From positions 32,001 to 96,000 of the forward strand of contig CAWFXL010000001.1 in assembly GCA_963819815.1 (NCBI GenBank): DNA of 64,000 nucleotides, written 5' to 3'. The notes beneath the pieces are model-generated. The model did no database searches. It worked only from the letters and a program-made list of their open reading frames with translations, and was not told the DNA's origin. This document shows positions 38,147 to 48,065 of the stretch, one piece after another (within the stretch, counting starts at the first letter, position 1; every line of letters starts with the position of its first letter). The position numbers and the translations under genes were made by a program. This DNA is from an uncultured bacterium. Its GTDB lineage: Bacteria; Babelota; Babeliae; Babelales; Babelaceae.

Positions 38147-39889
38147 TCATAATGAGCCTGTATGGCCTAAGAACCAATCTGCTACCCCGAAAACAAAGGA
38201 CGTGGTTAGCTCTGCATTAGAGCATGTGCCTTGCACTATTGACACACTTCGATCCCAACATTGTTGGGGGTTTATTTTTCTTGCAGTATATTTCTGAAGC
38301 ACTCCCCAGATTTCTTCAATATGATCTTGATCGAGTGATGCTATATTTTGTAAAATATGAGCAGTTTCGATCTTACAGATCACGATCTTTCCATTTGAAA
38401 GGCCGAGAACTACTGTATCTCCGTCAATTGTGCCTATCACAGAAATTCCTGCTCCATGGTGTGTGCATCCTAGTTGTGTACCCGAGGTATCCAAGATACT
38501 GAGCGTGCCATCTAAAGAGCCTATGACTATCTTATTATTGAAAACATGGAGGCTCGAAATCGAACTTTTTCGTTTACTAGCAAGCAAAGTGGCGGATGCA
38601 TCCCAGAAGCAGAGCTCCCCCCTATGAGCAGCAGAAACAATGATACCGTCGTTTGTCGTTACAATTGAATTAATAGAGCAACCTTCAGGTGGTGCATTAC
38701 CTTTACTTCGTTTATTGTCCAAGGTATTCCATATAGTCACTCCATGCGCAGTTGTAACAATCTTTGAATATTCTATTATGTTATAATCAACGGCAGCTGT
38801 TACTACCTTTCCGTCATTCATAATACCCATTGCACTAATATGCTTACTAGAAGTATCCTCGGCTAGCAGTTGGCCTTGTATATCCCAGATGTGAATTGTG
38901 CCATCGAGAGTGTATGCAACTATCCTATTATCACCGGTACATTGTACGCAAATGATTGCCTGCACACGTCCACCCTGACATATAATACCATCAGTGGCTC
39001 CTATCTTCCAAATGCGCACGAGCCCATCATAAAATCCCATAACTATCTTATTATCTGGACCGGCACAAATGGAAGAGAGCCCAGGCGTTGCCTTGGAAAA
39101 GATATTGTGCCCTTGCGTATCCCAGATATCTAATGAAGCAGTGCAAGCGACGACAATGTTATTGTCTGATGTTACACACATAGATTCGATATCTGTGCTA
39201 TGAAGGCATTCAGCAATAAGCATACCTTCCATATTCCAAATTCGAATGGTTCGATTATCAGAAGAACGTGTGACTATCTTATTGTCGTGAGTAACGCATA
39301 CTTGACTGACATCTTTATGGGCTTGCCACTGAGCTACCGTACGAATCGAAAGAGTCTCTTTGTTCAATAACGTAGCAAGTTTAGAGACTTGATCATTAAC
39401 GAGAGAAGTACTCAATTGGCTTGGAAGCGCTTTAATGTTCTGTGTAGAAATTTTATCGGGTGTAAGCTTTCTTACCATCTCATGAGCTATCTTAGCAAGA
39501 ATGGGAATATCTAAGTAATCTACCGCCTGTAAGAACTCAACGAGGGTGTCTCCGTCAAGGTCTTGTAATCCTCTTTTGATTTCCTCGATTATCGCAGAAT
39601 CATCTTGCTTTGTATGTATGTACACATTGCCTAATTGCTGAGCAATCAACTCACCGATCTTTTTTGATACCCTCGGCAAATCTAACGTATCAAGATCCAT
39701 CTCCACAAGCGTTCTACATCCCTGTATAAGCAGTGCATGATGGCGTGGGATTTTTATGGGTTCTTGAGATTCACCCAGCAATAGAATTATTTCTTCTTGC
39801 GTAGTAGATGCAGCATTTTGTGCAACAGTAGTCATGGCATGTATATGAAGATTCCATGCGAGTAGTCCAAAAATAAGAACTGTTTTCAT
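38147..39889 (-). CDS. Secreted SKP1/BTB-like + WD40-repeat protein
   Basis: Signal peptide; LVEFLQAVDYLDIPIL resembles Skp1 LFELILAANYLDI; WD repeats (TIRIWN, LDIWD, VRIWK, IHIWD, LCFWD). Confidence 0.8.
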   Translation of the reverse strand: MKTVLIFGLLAWNLHIHAMTTVAQNAASTTQEEIILLLGESQEPIKIPRHHALLIQGCRTLVEMDLDTLDLPRVSKKIGELIAQQLGNVYIHTKQDDSAIIEEIKRGLQDLDGDTLVEFLQAVDYLDIPILAKIAHEMVRKLTPDKISTQNIKALPSQLSTSLVNDQVSKLATLLNKETLSIRTVAQWQAHKDVSQVCVTHDNKIVTRSSDNRTIRIWNMEGMLIAECLHSTDIESMCVTSDNNIVVACTASLDIWDTQGHNIFSKATPGLSSICAGPDNKIVMGFYDGLVRIWKIGATDGIICQGGRVQAIICVQCTGDNRIVAYTLDGTIHIWDIQGQLLAEDTSSKHISAMGIMNDGKVVTAAVDYNIIEYSKIVTTAHGVTIWNTLDNKRSKGNAPPEGCSINSIVTTNDGIIVSAAHRGELCFWDASATLLASKRKSSISSLHVFNNKIVIGSLDGTLSILDTSGTQLGCTHHGAGISVIGTIDGDTVVLGLSNGKIVICKIETAHILQNIASLDQDHIEEIWGVLQKYTARKINPQQCWDRSVSIVQGTCSNAELTTSFVFGVADWFLGHTGSL

Positions 39890-40209
39890 ATTTTTTGCCT
39901 TTCTATAAACAACTTATGTCATTATTAGAGTATCGCATTGAAAAATTCTGTCAAATTGAAAATTAAATAAAAAGAGTAAGAGAATCGTTAGATCTTAATT
40001 GCTCTATCATGAAACCTGTGATTTTATCGAGTTATAGGTGTAGAGCAAAGAAGAGAAGCTTTATAAGCTACCTATTAAGAAAAAAGACTACCCTAGGTAC
40101 TGAATGACGAACCATAGAGCATTTAAGGGAAGTCGTGCGACGAATCAGCAATGACTTAGCGTTATTTCAAGGAAATAGATTAACTAAAAAGTTATCTGGC
40201 AGCCAATTT

Positions 40210-41271
40210 TCAATGTTTTTCTAGGGCCTGTGGTTGATCAACTAGGTTCTTTTTAGAATCTTTATTGCTCATATAATAGTACAAGAGCCCTGCGCTAGCG
40301 ACGAGTGCTGTAACTCCCAGAGTCTTACCCATCGACCATTTGGCCTTCTTGTCATCGTTATTAGATTTGGGAGGGGATTCCAGGATTGGATTTGGTTTTG
40401 TCAGAGTTGCATTTGAGATCTTAAAAAGATTTGACACGTCATCTCTCTTGAGAGCATCAATTCTTTGAGCTAGTGTTCTTGTTTTAGAAGCATCATAGTA
40501 AATTGTGCGCACATCGGCTTTGACAAAGTCTTGCCATTCTTTTAGATCTGCAAATAACGTTGGATCGTTTTCATAGGCCTTAAATAACGTTACCGATACT
40601 GAATGCTTGTTTGAGCGGGAATACTGTGCAAGTTTTGCAAAGTCTAAAGCCTTTTTTCTAAGTTCATTCATACTTTTGGTCTTATCTTTACCGGTTGAAT
40701 CATCGGTTGGTTTGGAGACGTGGACATCCGCCAAGCTGCGTAGGGCACCAAATACTGCAGCCAATACTCCTTTCTTTTGAGCCTTCTCGCTCATGCTTAA
40801 ATGCTCTGCAATACGATCACCAATGGTCTTGCCCGGATTCTCAGTATCATAGTCTGTACTATCTATATCTCCTGGATCGTAGAAATTAAGATAACGTCCA
40901 ATATCAAGCCAATCTTTAAGGTACCAAAGTGCCATTGAATCTTCTTCGTAGGCTCTATATAAGGTTCGAATAACCGCTCCCCGATCTGTTCGCCTACATT
41001 GCACAACTTGAGCAATAAAAAGAGCTTTTTGTGTATTAGTGAGCAAAGCCTCATCAATGAGCTGCCCTACGGTCTTACCTGGCTCAATACAAAGTGTATC
41101 AACATCGCACATATTATTTATGAAATGATATTTGAAGCCTGTATAAGCATTGAAATCAACAAGAGCCTTTTCAAGATGTTCTTTAAAAGTAGGGTCAACC
41201 ATATTCATAGCTTGCGTCGATCCAAGGCCTGAGATCATGAGGATTGCAATTATAAGTTGTTTGAATGGCAT
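40210..41271 (-). CDS. Hypothetical protein with signal peptide, internal duplication and C-terminal TM anchor
   Basis: AAGGA RBS + ATG 41271; TLYRAYEEDSMALWYLKDW vs TLFKAYENDPTLFADLKEW; tail TLGVTALVASAGLLYYYMSNK. Confidence 0.7.
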   Translation of the reverse strand: MPFKQLIIAILMISGLGSTQAMNMVDPTFKEHLEKALVDFNAYTGFKYHFINNMCDVDTLCIEPGKTVGQLIDEALLTNTQKALFIAQVVQCRRTDRGAVIRTLYRAYEEDSMALWYLKDWLDIGRYLNFYDPGDIDSTDYDTENPGKTIGDRIAEHLSMSEKAQKKGVLAAVFGALRSLADVHVSKPTDDSTGKDKTKSMNELRKKALDFAKLAQYSRSNKHSVSVTLFKAYENDPTLFADLKEWQDFVKADVRTIYYDASKTRTLAQRIDALKRDDVSNLFKISNATLTKPNPILESPPKSNNDDKKAKWSMGKTLGVTALVASAGLLYYYMSNKDSKKNLVDQPQALEKH

Positions 41272-41427
41272 ACTATTCCTTAGCGCACGTGTAAGTGTAT
41301 CTTTTTCAATTGTATTTCCAGTTATTACCATAGCATGAAAAAAGTCTCTCTTCAAAGCCCCTTGTTTTTGCTGAATACACATGTTTTGCGAAATGCAGGT
41401 TACTCGAGTTGCTGTAGTTGCAAGGCT

Positions 41428-42357
41428 CTAGAAACCCTTATGTTTAAGATAGCGCTCTGCATCAAGAGTTGCTGCACATCCTGAGCCCGCAGCTACGATT
41501 GCCTGCCTATAGCGGCTATCAACAACATCCCCAGCTGCAAATACTCCTTCTACAGAAGTCTGTGTATGCTCTAATAGATGAAGATAGCCATTGGGAGCCA
41601 TATCAAGCTGACCTTTAAAAAGATGGGTATTGGGGGTTAATCCGATGGCAATAAATACCCCATTAACGTCAAGCTTATGGCTTTCATGGGTCTCTTGGTT
41701 GGTGACCGTTACCTCGGTTACTTTTTTGCCGTCGCCTTCTATTGCAGTTACGGTACTTGAATAAATAATCTTAATATGAGGGTTATTGATGACTCGTTCT
41801 TGCATCGCATAGGAAGCACTCAGCTTCTTAGATATATGGACGATAGTTATAAATTGCGTAAAGTTCGTCAGAAATGATGCATTTTCCATAGCGGTATCGC
41901 CGCCACCGACGATTACGACCGGTTTATCTCTGAAAAAGACTCCGTCACAGACGGCACAGGTCGTAACTCCTTTGCCCCAATAGTCAGATTCCCCCGGGCA
42001 ATTCAGTCTTTTAGGAGTAGCCCCAGTTGAAATAATAAGGGCATGAGTATGAATTTCAGTTGATTGGTTCGTCATGAGAGAAAAAGGACGACGTGAAAGG
42101 TCTACCTTTGTAACCGTTTCATCGAGGAATTGAGTCTTATAGTGCGCAGCATGGGTGCGCAACTGTTTCATAAGTGCAGGTCCCTGAATACTTATTTCTC
42201 CAGGCCAGTTTTCAACGAGTGTCGTGGTCATAAGTTGGCCACCTGGCTCATGGCCTTCAATAACTAAGGGTGATAAACCAGCGCGACTTGCATAGATTGC
42301 AGCAGTCAGCCCTGCAGGTCCTGAACCGAGGATAACGAGTTTTTCGTGTTTGCTCAT
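41428..42357 (-). CDS. trxB: Thioredoxin reductase
   Basis: ILGSGPAGLTAAIY, CAVCDG, VGGGDTA, GVFAAGDV. Confidence 0.97.
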   Translation of the reverse strand: MSKHEKLVILGSGPAGLTAAIYASRAGLSPLVIEGHEPGGQLMTTTLVENWPGEISIQGPALMKQLRTHAAHYKTQFLDETVTKVDLSRRPFSLMTNQSTEIHTHALIISTGATPKRLNCPGESDYWGKGVTTCAVCDGVFFRDKPVVIVGGGDTAMENASFLTNFTQFITIVHISKKLSASYAMQERVINNPHIKIIYSSTVTAIEGDGKKVTEVTVTNQETHESHKLDVNGVFIAIGLTPNTHLFKGQLDMAPNGYLHLLEHTQTSVEGVFAAGDVVDSRYRQAIVAAGSGCAATLDAERYLKHKGF

Positions 42358-43667
42358 AAGCTTGTATCGGAAGTAACTTCTCGTATAAGGTGATTAAGTG
42401 TTTTTTCTCTAAAACAGTACCTCTTTAAAAGTGCGCTTGAGAGGGGGATTTCATGCCCCTCGACTTTAGGTTGAGGCACTTTAAAATAAATAAAGTTTGC
42501 CACACGAGGTCTCTTCAAAAGATTAAGATACGCGCAAATGTCTTGAGAATCAACTGTAATTCCCATTTGGTACCCGATCGAGTCAGTGATAATAGCTTCC
42601 TTGAGCTGTTTTTCAGCAAGAGACTTAATTTTCTCTTTAAAATCATCAAGCGCTTTGTATACCAGATAGTCTGGGGTATTTTGTACGGTATGAAGAACCA
42701 TTTCTTGCTGTTGTTGAAGAAGGTGTGGAGGCAATGAGAAAAAGTATTGTTTATTAAGGAGCTTGAAAACTGCCTCTATGGTCTCTTTTCTGAGTGTTAT
42801 GTCATTGCGTGTTGAAAATACTTCAACGAGCTTTGCGGGAATTTCGATATCATCTTGAAGATCAAATTGATGCTTAAAAAGATCAAGTGAAAAGAAGCTT
42901 CCATGGAGTTTCTGCTTAATCTCGACGAGAAACCCATATTCAATGTCGGATGCTGTGCTTACATACTCTTGCAGGAATACTGCATCAGAAAAGAAACGGT
43001 CTCCAACTTTTTTGTCTAAGAGAAGCTCATGGAGGTTTTTGTCATCTTCTCCTGCTTGTAAACAGACCCAAAGGTCACTTTTAAAGCCAGGAATCAAAGC
43101 ATTCTTTTCGCAGTCAAGTATCGATACCTCAAAGTTGACCCAATCATCAATTCCGATGGTATCGTTGTAAGGGGACTTTTTTTGAAAGGTGAGCTCTTCA
43201 TGCATAAAATGCTCTACTTGCCGATCAAGGTCTTTATAATTCTTACGATTTAAAGGCTTGAGATGAACCTTTTTCCAGCGCTCTTCATTATCAAAATTTG
43301 CCGTCGCAAGCTGAAACACAAACTCAGCGTTACCTTCTGGCTCGAGCCTAATATCTATAAGGTCTGGATCGCCCACAATGACTATTTTTTTGGTACTTAA
43401 TGAATCATAGAGTTGATGTACCACACAATGGGTAAAGAGAAGCTCTTTCAAATGCTCAATAATGTGTGCCCTAAAATTTTGCTCGATGTACTGCATGGGC
43501 GTACTGCCTTTTTCAAACCCATACGTTTTTTCTTGCTTTTTGCGTGAGAGCAGTGCTTCATGATATAAAGCATGGACATATTCTTTGCCGATGACAACGG
43601 TAGCTCTTTGCCTTTGTGGTTTTTCTTCGACAACAGAAAACCCAAAGCTTCTTCCTAACTCTTCCAT
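42354..43667 (-). CDS. tig: Trigger factor-like protein (divergent)
   Basis: About 437 aa, GFEKGSTP at the GFRxGxxP position, FKBP-like middle (DDWVNF, LLDKKVGD), directly downstream of tRNA-Leu as is common for tig. Confidence 0.7.
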   Translation of the reverse strand: MEELGRSFGFSVVEEKPQRQRATVVIGKEYVHALYHEALLSRKKQEKTYGFEKGSTPMQYIEQNFRAHIIEHLKELLFTHCVVHQLYDSLSTKKIVIVGDPDLIDIRLEPEGNAEFVFQLATANFDNEERWKKVHLKPLNRKNYKDLDRQVEHFMHEELTFQKKSPYNDTIGIDDWVNFEVSILDCEKNALIPGFKSDLWVCLQAGEDDKNLHELLLDKKVGDRFFSDAVFLQEYVSTASDIEYGFLVEIKQKLHGSFFSLDLFKHQFDLQDDIEIPAKLVEVFSTRNDITLRKETIEAVFKLLNKQYFFSLPPHLLQQQQEMVLHTVQNTPDYLVYKALDDFKEKIKSLAEKQLKEAIITDSIGYQMGITVDSQDICAYLNLLKRPRVANFIYFKVPQPKVEGHEIPLSSALLKRYCFREKTLNHLIREVTSDTSL

Positions 43668-43689
43668 CTCTCTCCCTTTTGTATATGTA

Positions 43690-43774
43690 TGGTGCAAGAG
43701 GAGGGACTTGAACCCCCACCCCTTTCGGGACTGGATCCTAAGTCCAGCGCGTCTGCCAATTTCGCCACTCTTGC
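43690..43774 (-). tRNA. tRNA-Leu (TAG)
   Basis: GCAAGAGTGGCGAAATTGGCAGACGCGCTGGACTTAGGATCCAGTCCCGAAAGGGGTGGGGGTTCAAGTCCCTCCTCTTGCACCA; long variable arm. Confidence 0.97.
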
Positions 43775-44117
43775 AAACTTTAAGCCCTTGATTTCTTACT
43801 TCATTTTAAAAAACGAGGCTTACTGATTTATACAATCAGCCTAGATAACTATAGCAGACTTTGAGGAAAAAAAGAAGATTAAACAAGGGAGATTGCTTGC
43901 CTTATCTTGTCTGCACGGAGCAACACTGTAGCCTTGCCGAGCAAATAGTTGGCTAGAGCAAGAATGTCTACAAAGGCATTTGCTTAACGAATTAAAGGAT
44001 CTGGGAATTGCTTATTGCGCGTGAACCCAGCTTCTGAGCGTTAATGGCAAGCCTCAGACAAGAAATAACTGAGCTCGAGCTAACTCGCAAGATAGGATCA
44101 AGGTATTGTAGATAGAT

Positions 44118-44780
44118 CTATCCAACCTTTTTGATCCAATAAGGCAATGGGTGATCTTGTACACGAGATGGTCCTTCCACTTGAATCGTATTCCAGGCAG
44201 CGTATGTAACCAAATTCGTTTTGTGGTAACCAAGATGCGCCCACAAAGCATCTAATTCTTTATATCCTTCGGGCTTAAGTGGGTGATGCTCATGAGATTC
44301 GCTCGTAAAACATACATAGCCAAAACCTACAGACATACTGTATGTTTCTACACACTCTGTTAAACGGGTGGCTAATGATTTTCCTCTGTGTTCTTCGAGA
44401 ATAATTATATCGGTAATGTAATAAAAGCAATCAGGATCTATGCCATGACTTTTAAATAGCTCGACTGATCCCATAAAATGCGGTCCATACAAAGTGAAGG
44501 GTATTCCCAGGGCACACCCAACAGGAACATCTTCATGAAAAGCGATAGCAAATGTTGCATAGGGAACTTGAGCATGCCACTCTAATAGTTCATAACCTTC
44601 GCTGAGATTACCTTCATAGAGGTAGGGATATCCACGGTATGCATCAACTCTCTGTTGAGCTATAAAGGGAATCATATACTGCATAGCATTGCCGGTGAGA
44701 AGCCTTACGTGATAGCCTTCGTGAGCGGCACTTGCAACATTCAAGTAGCTTACTAGTACTAAAATAAGTTTACAATTCAT
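44118..44780 (-). CDS. GNAT family acetyltransferase with signal peptide
   Basis: YRGYPYLYEG, IIILEEHRGKSLA (acetyl-CoA motif A), HPLKPEGYKELDALWAHLGY; GAGG RBS. Confidence 0.8.
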   Translation of the reverse strand: MNCKLILVLVSYLNVASAAHEGYHVRLLTGNAMQYMIPFIAQQRVDAYRGYPYLYEGNLSEGYELLEWHAQVPYATFAIAFHEDVPVGCALGIPFTLYGPHFMGSVELFKSHGIDPDCFYYITDIIILEEHRGKSLATRLTECVETYSMSVGFGYVCFTSESHEHHPLKPEGYKELDALWAHLGYHKTNLVTYAAWNTIQVEGPSRVQDHPLPYWIKKVG

Positions 44781-44900
44781 TTCCACCTCTTCTGTGCACA
44801 ATTAACTAAGCATAACTATAATAGACTTTGGAAAAACATGGTGATTGGTTGCATCGTCTAGAGGCTTGCCCTTACAAATGCGCTATCGGCAGAGCCTTGG

Positions 44901-46367
44901 TTACAAAGGGCGAGCAAATAATACCTCCATCGTCATTTGATTATCAACTGCAGATGCATATTGTGCATTCTCAACAGCGCCATAAGGAGTAATCATTGTG
45001 GTAAAAAGGCTGCATCTGGTGCCAGTTACTCTTCGAAAACATTCCTTTCTAAAGCGTAACTTCTCAGCATATTCTTTAGTAACCACAAAAGGTGCGTGGG
45101 CATATTTGATTTCACATAGGTTTATGCAATTGTCTGCACGCTTTAGGACAAGATCGATGTGTGCTCCTTGGTCTGTGCTGCCATTATGAGCATGGTATCG
45201 CCAGCTACTTGCTTTTACGGAAACTCCACTGATGCCGAGCCCAATAAGTATATTTTTAATGTGCTTCAGGCATATACCTTCAAACGTATAGCCGGCCCAA
45301 GCGCGGTATGAAGGGGAATCTTGCGCCTGTTGCCAATAGTGCTCTTGCGTGCCTTTGACACTTCCTTCAAAAGATGGCTGTATCCAAGTAAGGTAAAAAA
45401 GTGAATATTCATCGATCAACCGATATTGGGCTTCTCGCTTCTTTTTTTCGAAGTTAGGGATTGCTGCAATAAAACCAGAAGCTATAAGTTCATCTAAGAT
45501 TCTGGAAAAACTTCCTCCAGTATTTAATCCTGTGGCTTCTAGTAACTCGTTTTGGGTCAGGCCTTCTCGGTGCTTTGCAAGGGCTTTTACAAGTGCAAGG
45601 TGCATTTCAGAATGATCAAAAAGTGATGAGAAGAGGCGGCCAAATTCGTTAGCTAAAGGGGCATCTGGCGAAAAGCATGCTTCTTGAATGATCTGTACGG
45701 GCGATTTGCCTCGCACAATGGTATCAAGATATTTGGGGATACCTCCAAATGCCATATAGAGCTCAATAATCTGCTTGCGCTCTAACTCGACTCCCTTTGC
45801 CCTGCAAAATTGTTCCGTTTCTGAAAGTGTGTAAGGCTCGAGCCTTATTTCTGCTGTTAGGCGACCATAAAAGCCACCCTGATCATTAACAATTTTTTTT
45901 AGAATCCACGATGCAGCCGAACCGCACACAATAAGAATAACGTTAGGCATGCGTGATAAATATCTATTCCATACATGGTCTAAAGCTTGCAAAAAACCAG
46001 AACGTGCAGACGCAAGCCAGGGAAGTTCATCGAGGAAAATAGTAACTTTTTGTGAGCTATCAATCATCTCAATCTGTCTACGTAGTATGGTAAAGGCTTC
46101 CTGCCAGTCACGTGGAGCTGGCTGCATATGCCCCTCAAAAAAAACGTCTGCAAGTTCCACTGCAAAGTTTTGTAACTGGACTTTTGTGGTTGCCTTTTTA
46201 ATGCCTGCCACCTCAAAATAGAAGCTTTTGGGTTTGAAGAAGCGGCTGATAAGGAATGTTTTTCCTACCCGTCTTCTCCCGTAGATTGCTAAGAATTCTG
46301 CTTTATGCGATGTATACAGTCTTTCTAAGATGAGAAGTTCGCGCTGACGACCAATTATATCCTGCAT
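44901..46367 (-). CDS. ATPase (archaeal-type AAA/ATPase_2) + wHTH + C-terminal PD-(D/E)xK-like domain
   Basis: IIGRQREL, YGRRRVGKT, IFLDELPW, LIVCGS, FGGIPKYL, FEGIC, HIDLVL...LCEIKY. Confidence 0.88.
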   Translation of the reverse strand: MQDIIGRQRELLILERLYTSHKAEFLAIYGRRRVGKTFLISRFFKPKSFYFEVAGIKKATTKVQLQNFAVELADVFFEGHMQPAPRDWQEAFTILRRQIEMIDSSQKVTIFLDELPWLASARSGFLQALDHVWNRYLSRMPNVILIVCGSAASWILKKIVNDQGGFYGRLTAEIRLEPYTLSETEQFCRAKGVELERKQIIELYMAFGGIPKYLDTIVRGKSPVQIIQEACFSPDAPLANEFGRLFSSLFDHSEMHLALVKALAKHREGLTQNELLEATGLNTGGSFSRILDELIASGFIAAIPNFEKKKREAQYRLIDEYSLFYLTWIQPSFEGSVKGTQEHYWQQAQDSPSYRAWAGYTFEGICLKHIKNILIGLGISGVSVKASSWRYHAHNGSTDQGAHIDLVLKRADNCINLCEIKYAHAPFVVTKEYAEKLRFRKECFRRVTGTRCSLFTTMITPYGAVENAQYASAVDNQMTMEVLFARPL

Positions 46368-46404
46368 AGTGTTCCTCGGTTTCTTCTAGACAACTGGCTC
46401 AACT

Positions 46405-46565
46405 TTGGCGATAAGTCTATAAAAAACATACTTACCGCCAAATATACATCCAACTTGGCGATAAGTCTATAAAAAACATACTTACCGCCAAATATACACT
46501 CAACTTGGCGACAAGTAGTAAAAAAAACCACTTATCGCCAAATATGCGCTAAACTTGGCGATAAC
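46405..46565. repeat. 50-bp tandem array, each unit an inverted pair TTGGCGATAAGT-N13-ACTTAYCGCCAA (7 half-sites)
   Basis: Half-sites start at 46405, 46430, 46455, 46480, 46505, 46530 and 46555, alternating in orientation. Confidence 0.92.
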
Positions 46566-46691
46566 TTTTTTTAGGAAGTATTTTTTTTCGTCTTCTTCTC
46601 CAAGGAAGTACGTATACGGCATTTTTTTTTGTCCCAGAAAAAGCGGTTCTAAGGTGGCAGCACTTGATTGCGTGTTTCAGGACCTCCAAAT

Positions 46692-46717
46692 AAAAAAGGG
46701 GCTTTCATAGCCCCTTT
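46692..46717 (-). terminator. Terminator after frr
   Basis: aaaggggct-ttcat-agccccttt with an A tract (U tract on the minus strand). Confidence 0.75.
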
Positions 46718-46735
46718 CAAATGAGTGCGATGTAC

Positions 46736-47323
46736 TTAGAGTGATTTAAGTTCTTGCTCTTTCTTTTCACCTATATCATCAACTTTTTTGATCATGCGGT
46801 CAGTAACTTTTTGAAGTGAGTCTTGTACACGCCGCCCATAGTCTTCTGATATGGCTTTTGATTTTTCAAGATCTCTTAATTGATTATGAAGCTCTTTTCG
46901 AACGTTTCGTATGGCGATTTTTGCTTGCTCGATTCTTTGGCCTACAACTTTTGCTAACTCATCGCGGCGAGTGCTACTCATTTTAGGCAATTGTATTCTA
47001 ATAACATTACCATCATTTGCTGGAGAGAGCCCCAATTCTGAGGTTGAGAGAGTTTTCTCGATAGCAGGAATATTTTCTTTATCCCAAGGTTGTACCATAA
47101 GAAGAGCTGCATCAGGAGCTGAAACGGCTGCAATCTCTCGTAATGGCATAAGCGTGCCATAACTTGGCACTTTAATGTCTTCTATCATAGAAGGATGAGC
47201 TCTGCCAGTGCGTATTTTAAGAAGCTCTTTTTCAAAACTACTAATATGACTTTCCATCTCTTTTTCTACGGTGGCTTCGAATTGCTTTACAGGAGCATTT
47301 TCGGTGAGGGTAATTTTTAGCAT
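46736..47323 (-). CDS. frr: Ribosome recycling factor
   Basis: IRTGRAHP, VQPWDK, LGLSPANDG, RRDELAK, IAIRNVR. Confidence 0.96.
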   Translation of the reverse strand: MLKITLTENAPVKQFEATVEKEMESHISSFEKELLKIRTGRAHPSMIEDIKVPSYGTLMPLREIAAVSAPDAALLMVQPWDKENIPAIEKTLSTSELGLSPANDGNVIRIQLPKMSSTRRDELAKVVGQRIEQAKIAIRNVRKELHNQLRDLEKSKAISEDYGRRVQDSLQKVTDRMIKKVDDIGEKKEQELKSL

Positions 47324-47339
47324 TAAGAATCCTTCTGGG

Positions 47340-48047
47340 TTAGGCCTGGCAAATTGTGCTGCCAAATTCTTTGTTGTGAGCTGCTTCAATCAAGGCGTTT
47401 TCGATAAAAATGTTAAATATTCGTAACGGCAAACTATGAACCTCTGCGAGCGCATAGGCAGCAGAGTCCATAATAGTAAGGTTCTCATCAAGTGCTTCTT
47501 TGTAACGTACTCGTTTTAAAAGCTGAGCATGGGGGTTTTTCAACGGATCTTCAGAATATATGCCATCCACTTTTGTTCCTTTCCACAGTTCAGTAGCCTC
47601 CATTTGCAGTGCTCGTATGACGGCAGTTGTGTCGGTACTGAAGTATGGGTTTCCCGTACCACCTACAAAAATAAGGCACTTTTGCTGTTTGAATGCTTTA
47701 TTGAGTGCTTGCGGTGATGGCAAGATACCTACGGGATCACAAGGAACGGCAGTAAACAGGGTGGTTTCGATACCTGCCTGTTCAAAAACATCTTGCACAA
47801 TGAGCCCGTTCATCATCGTTGCAATCATTCCTACAAGGTGTCCTGTTTGTTCACTGATGCCGGAATGTTTGCTTTGAAGCGATCCACGAAAAATATTTCC
47901 GCCGCCTACCACGATACCAAAGCTGATCGAGGTACTCAGTTTCTTAATTTGGAGAGCAATACTTTTTAACGAAGAAGTATCGACACCTTGAGCGGTATGC
48001 TCAAGAAGATTGCCGGTAAGCTTAACTAAAATCTTCTTACGTTCCAT
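47340..48047 (-). CDS. pyrH: Uridylate kinase
   Basis: ILVKLTG, VVGGGNIFRG, GMIATMMNG, GTGNPYFSTDT, VDGIYSEDP. Confidence 0.95.
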   Translation of the reverse strand: MERKKILVKLTGNLLEHTAQGVDTSSLKSIALQIKKLSTSISFGIVVGGGNIFRGSLQSKHSGISEQTGHLVGMIATMMNGLIVQDVFEQAGIETTLFTAVPCDPVGILPSPQALNKAFKQQKCLIFVGGTGNPYFSTDTTAVIRALQMEATELWKGTKVDGIYSEDPLKNPHAQLLKRVRYKEALDENLTIMDSAAYALAEVHSLPLRIFNIFIENALIEAAHNKEFGSTICQA

Positions 48048-48065
48048 ACATAGCCTTTAAGGACT

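Noticed and set aside
46405..46565. CRISPR array
   Set aside because: Spacers are only 13 bp and repeated, half-sites alternate in orientation, and there are no cas genes in the window
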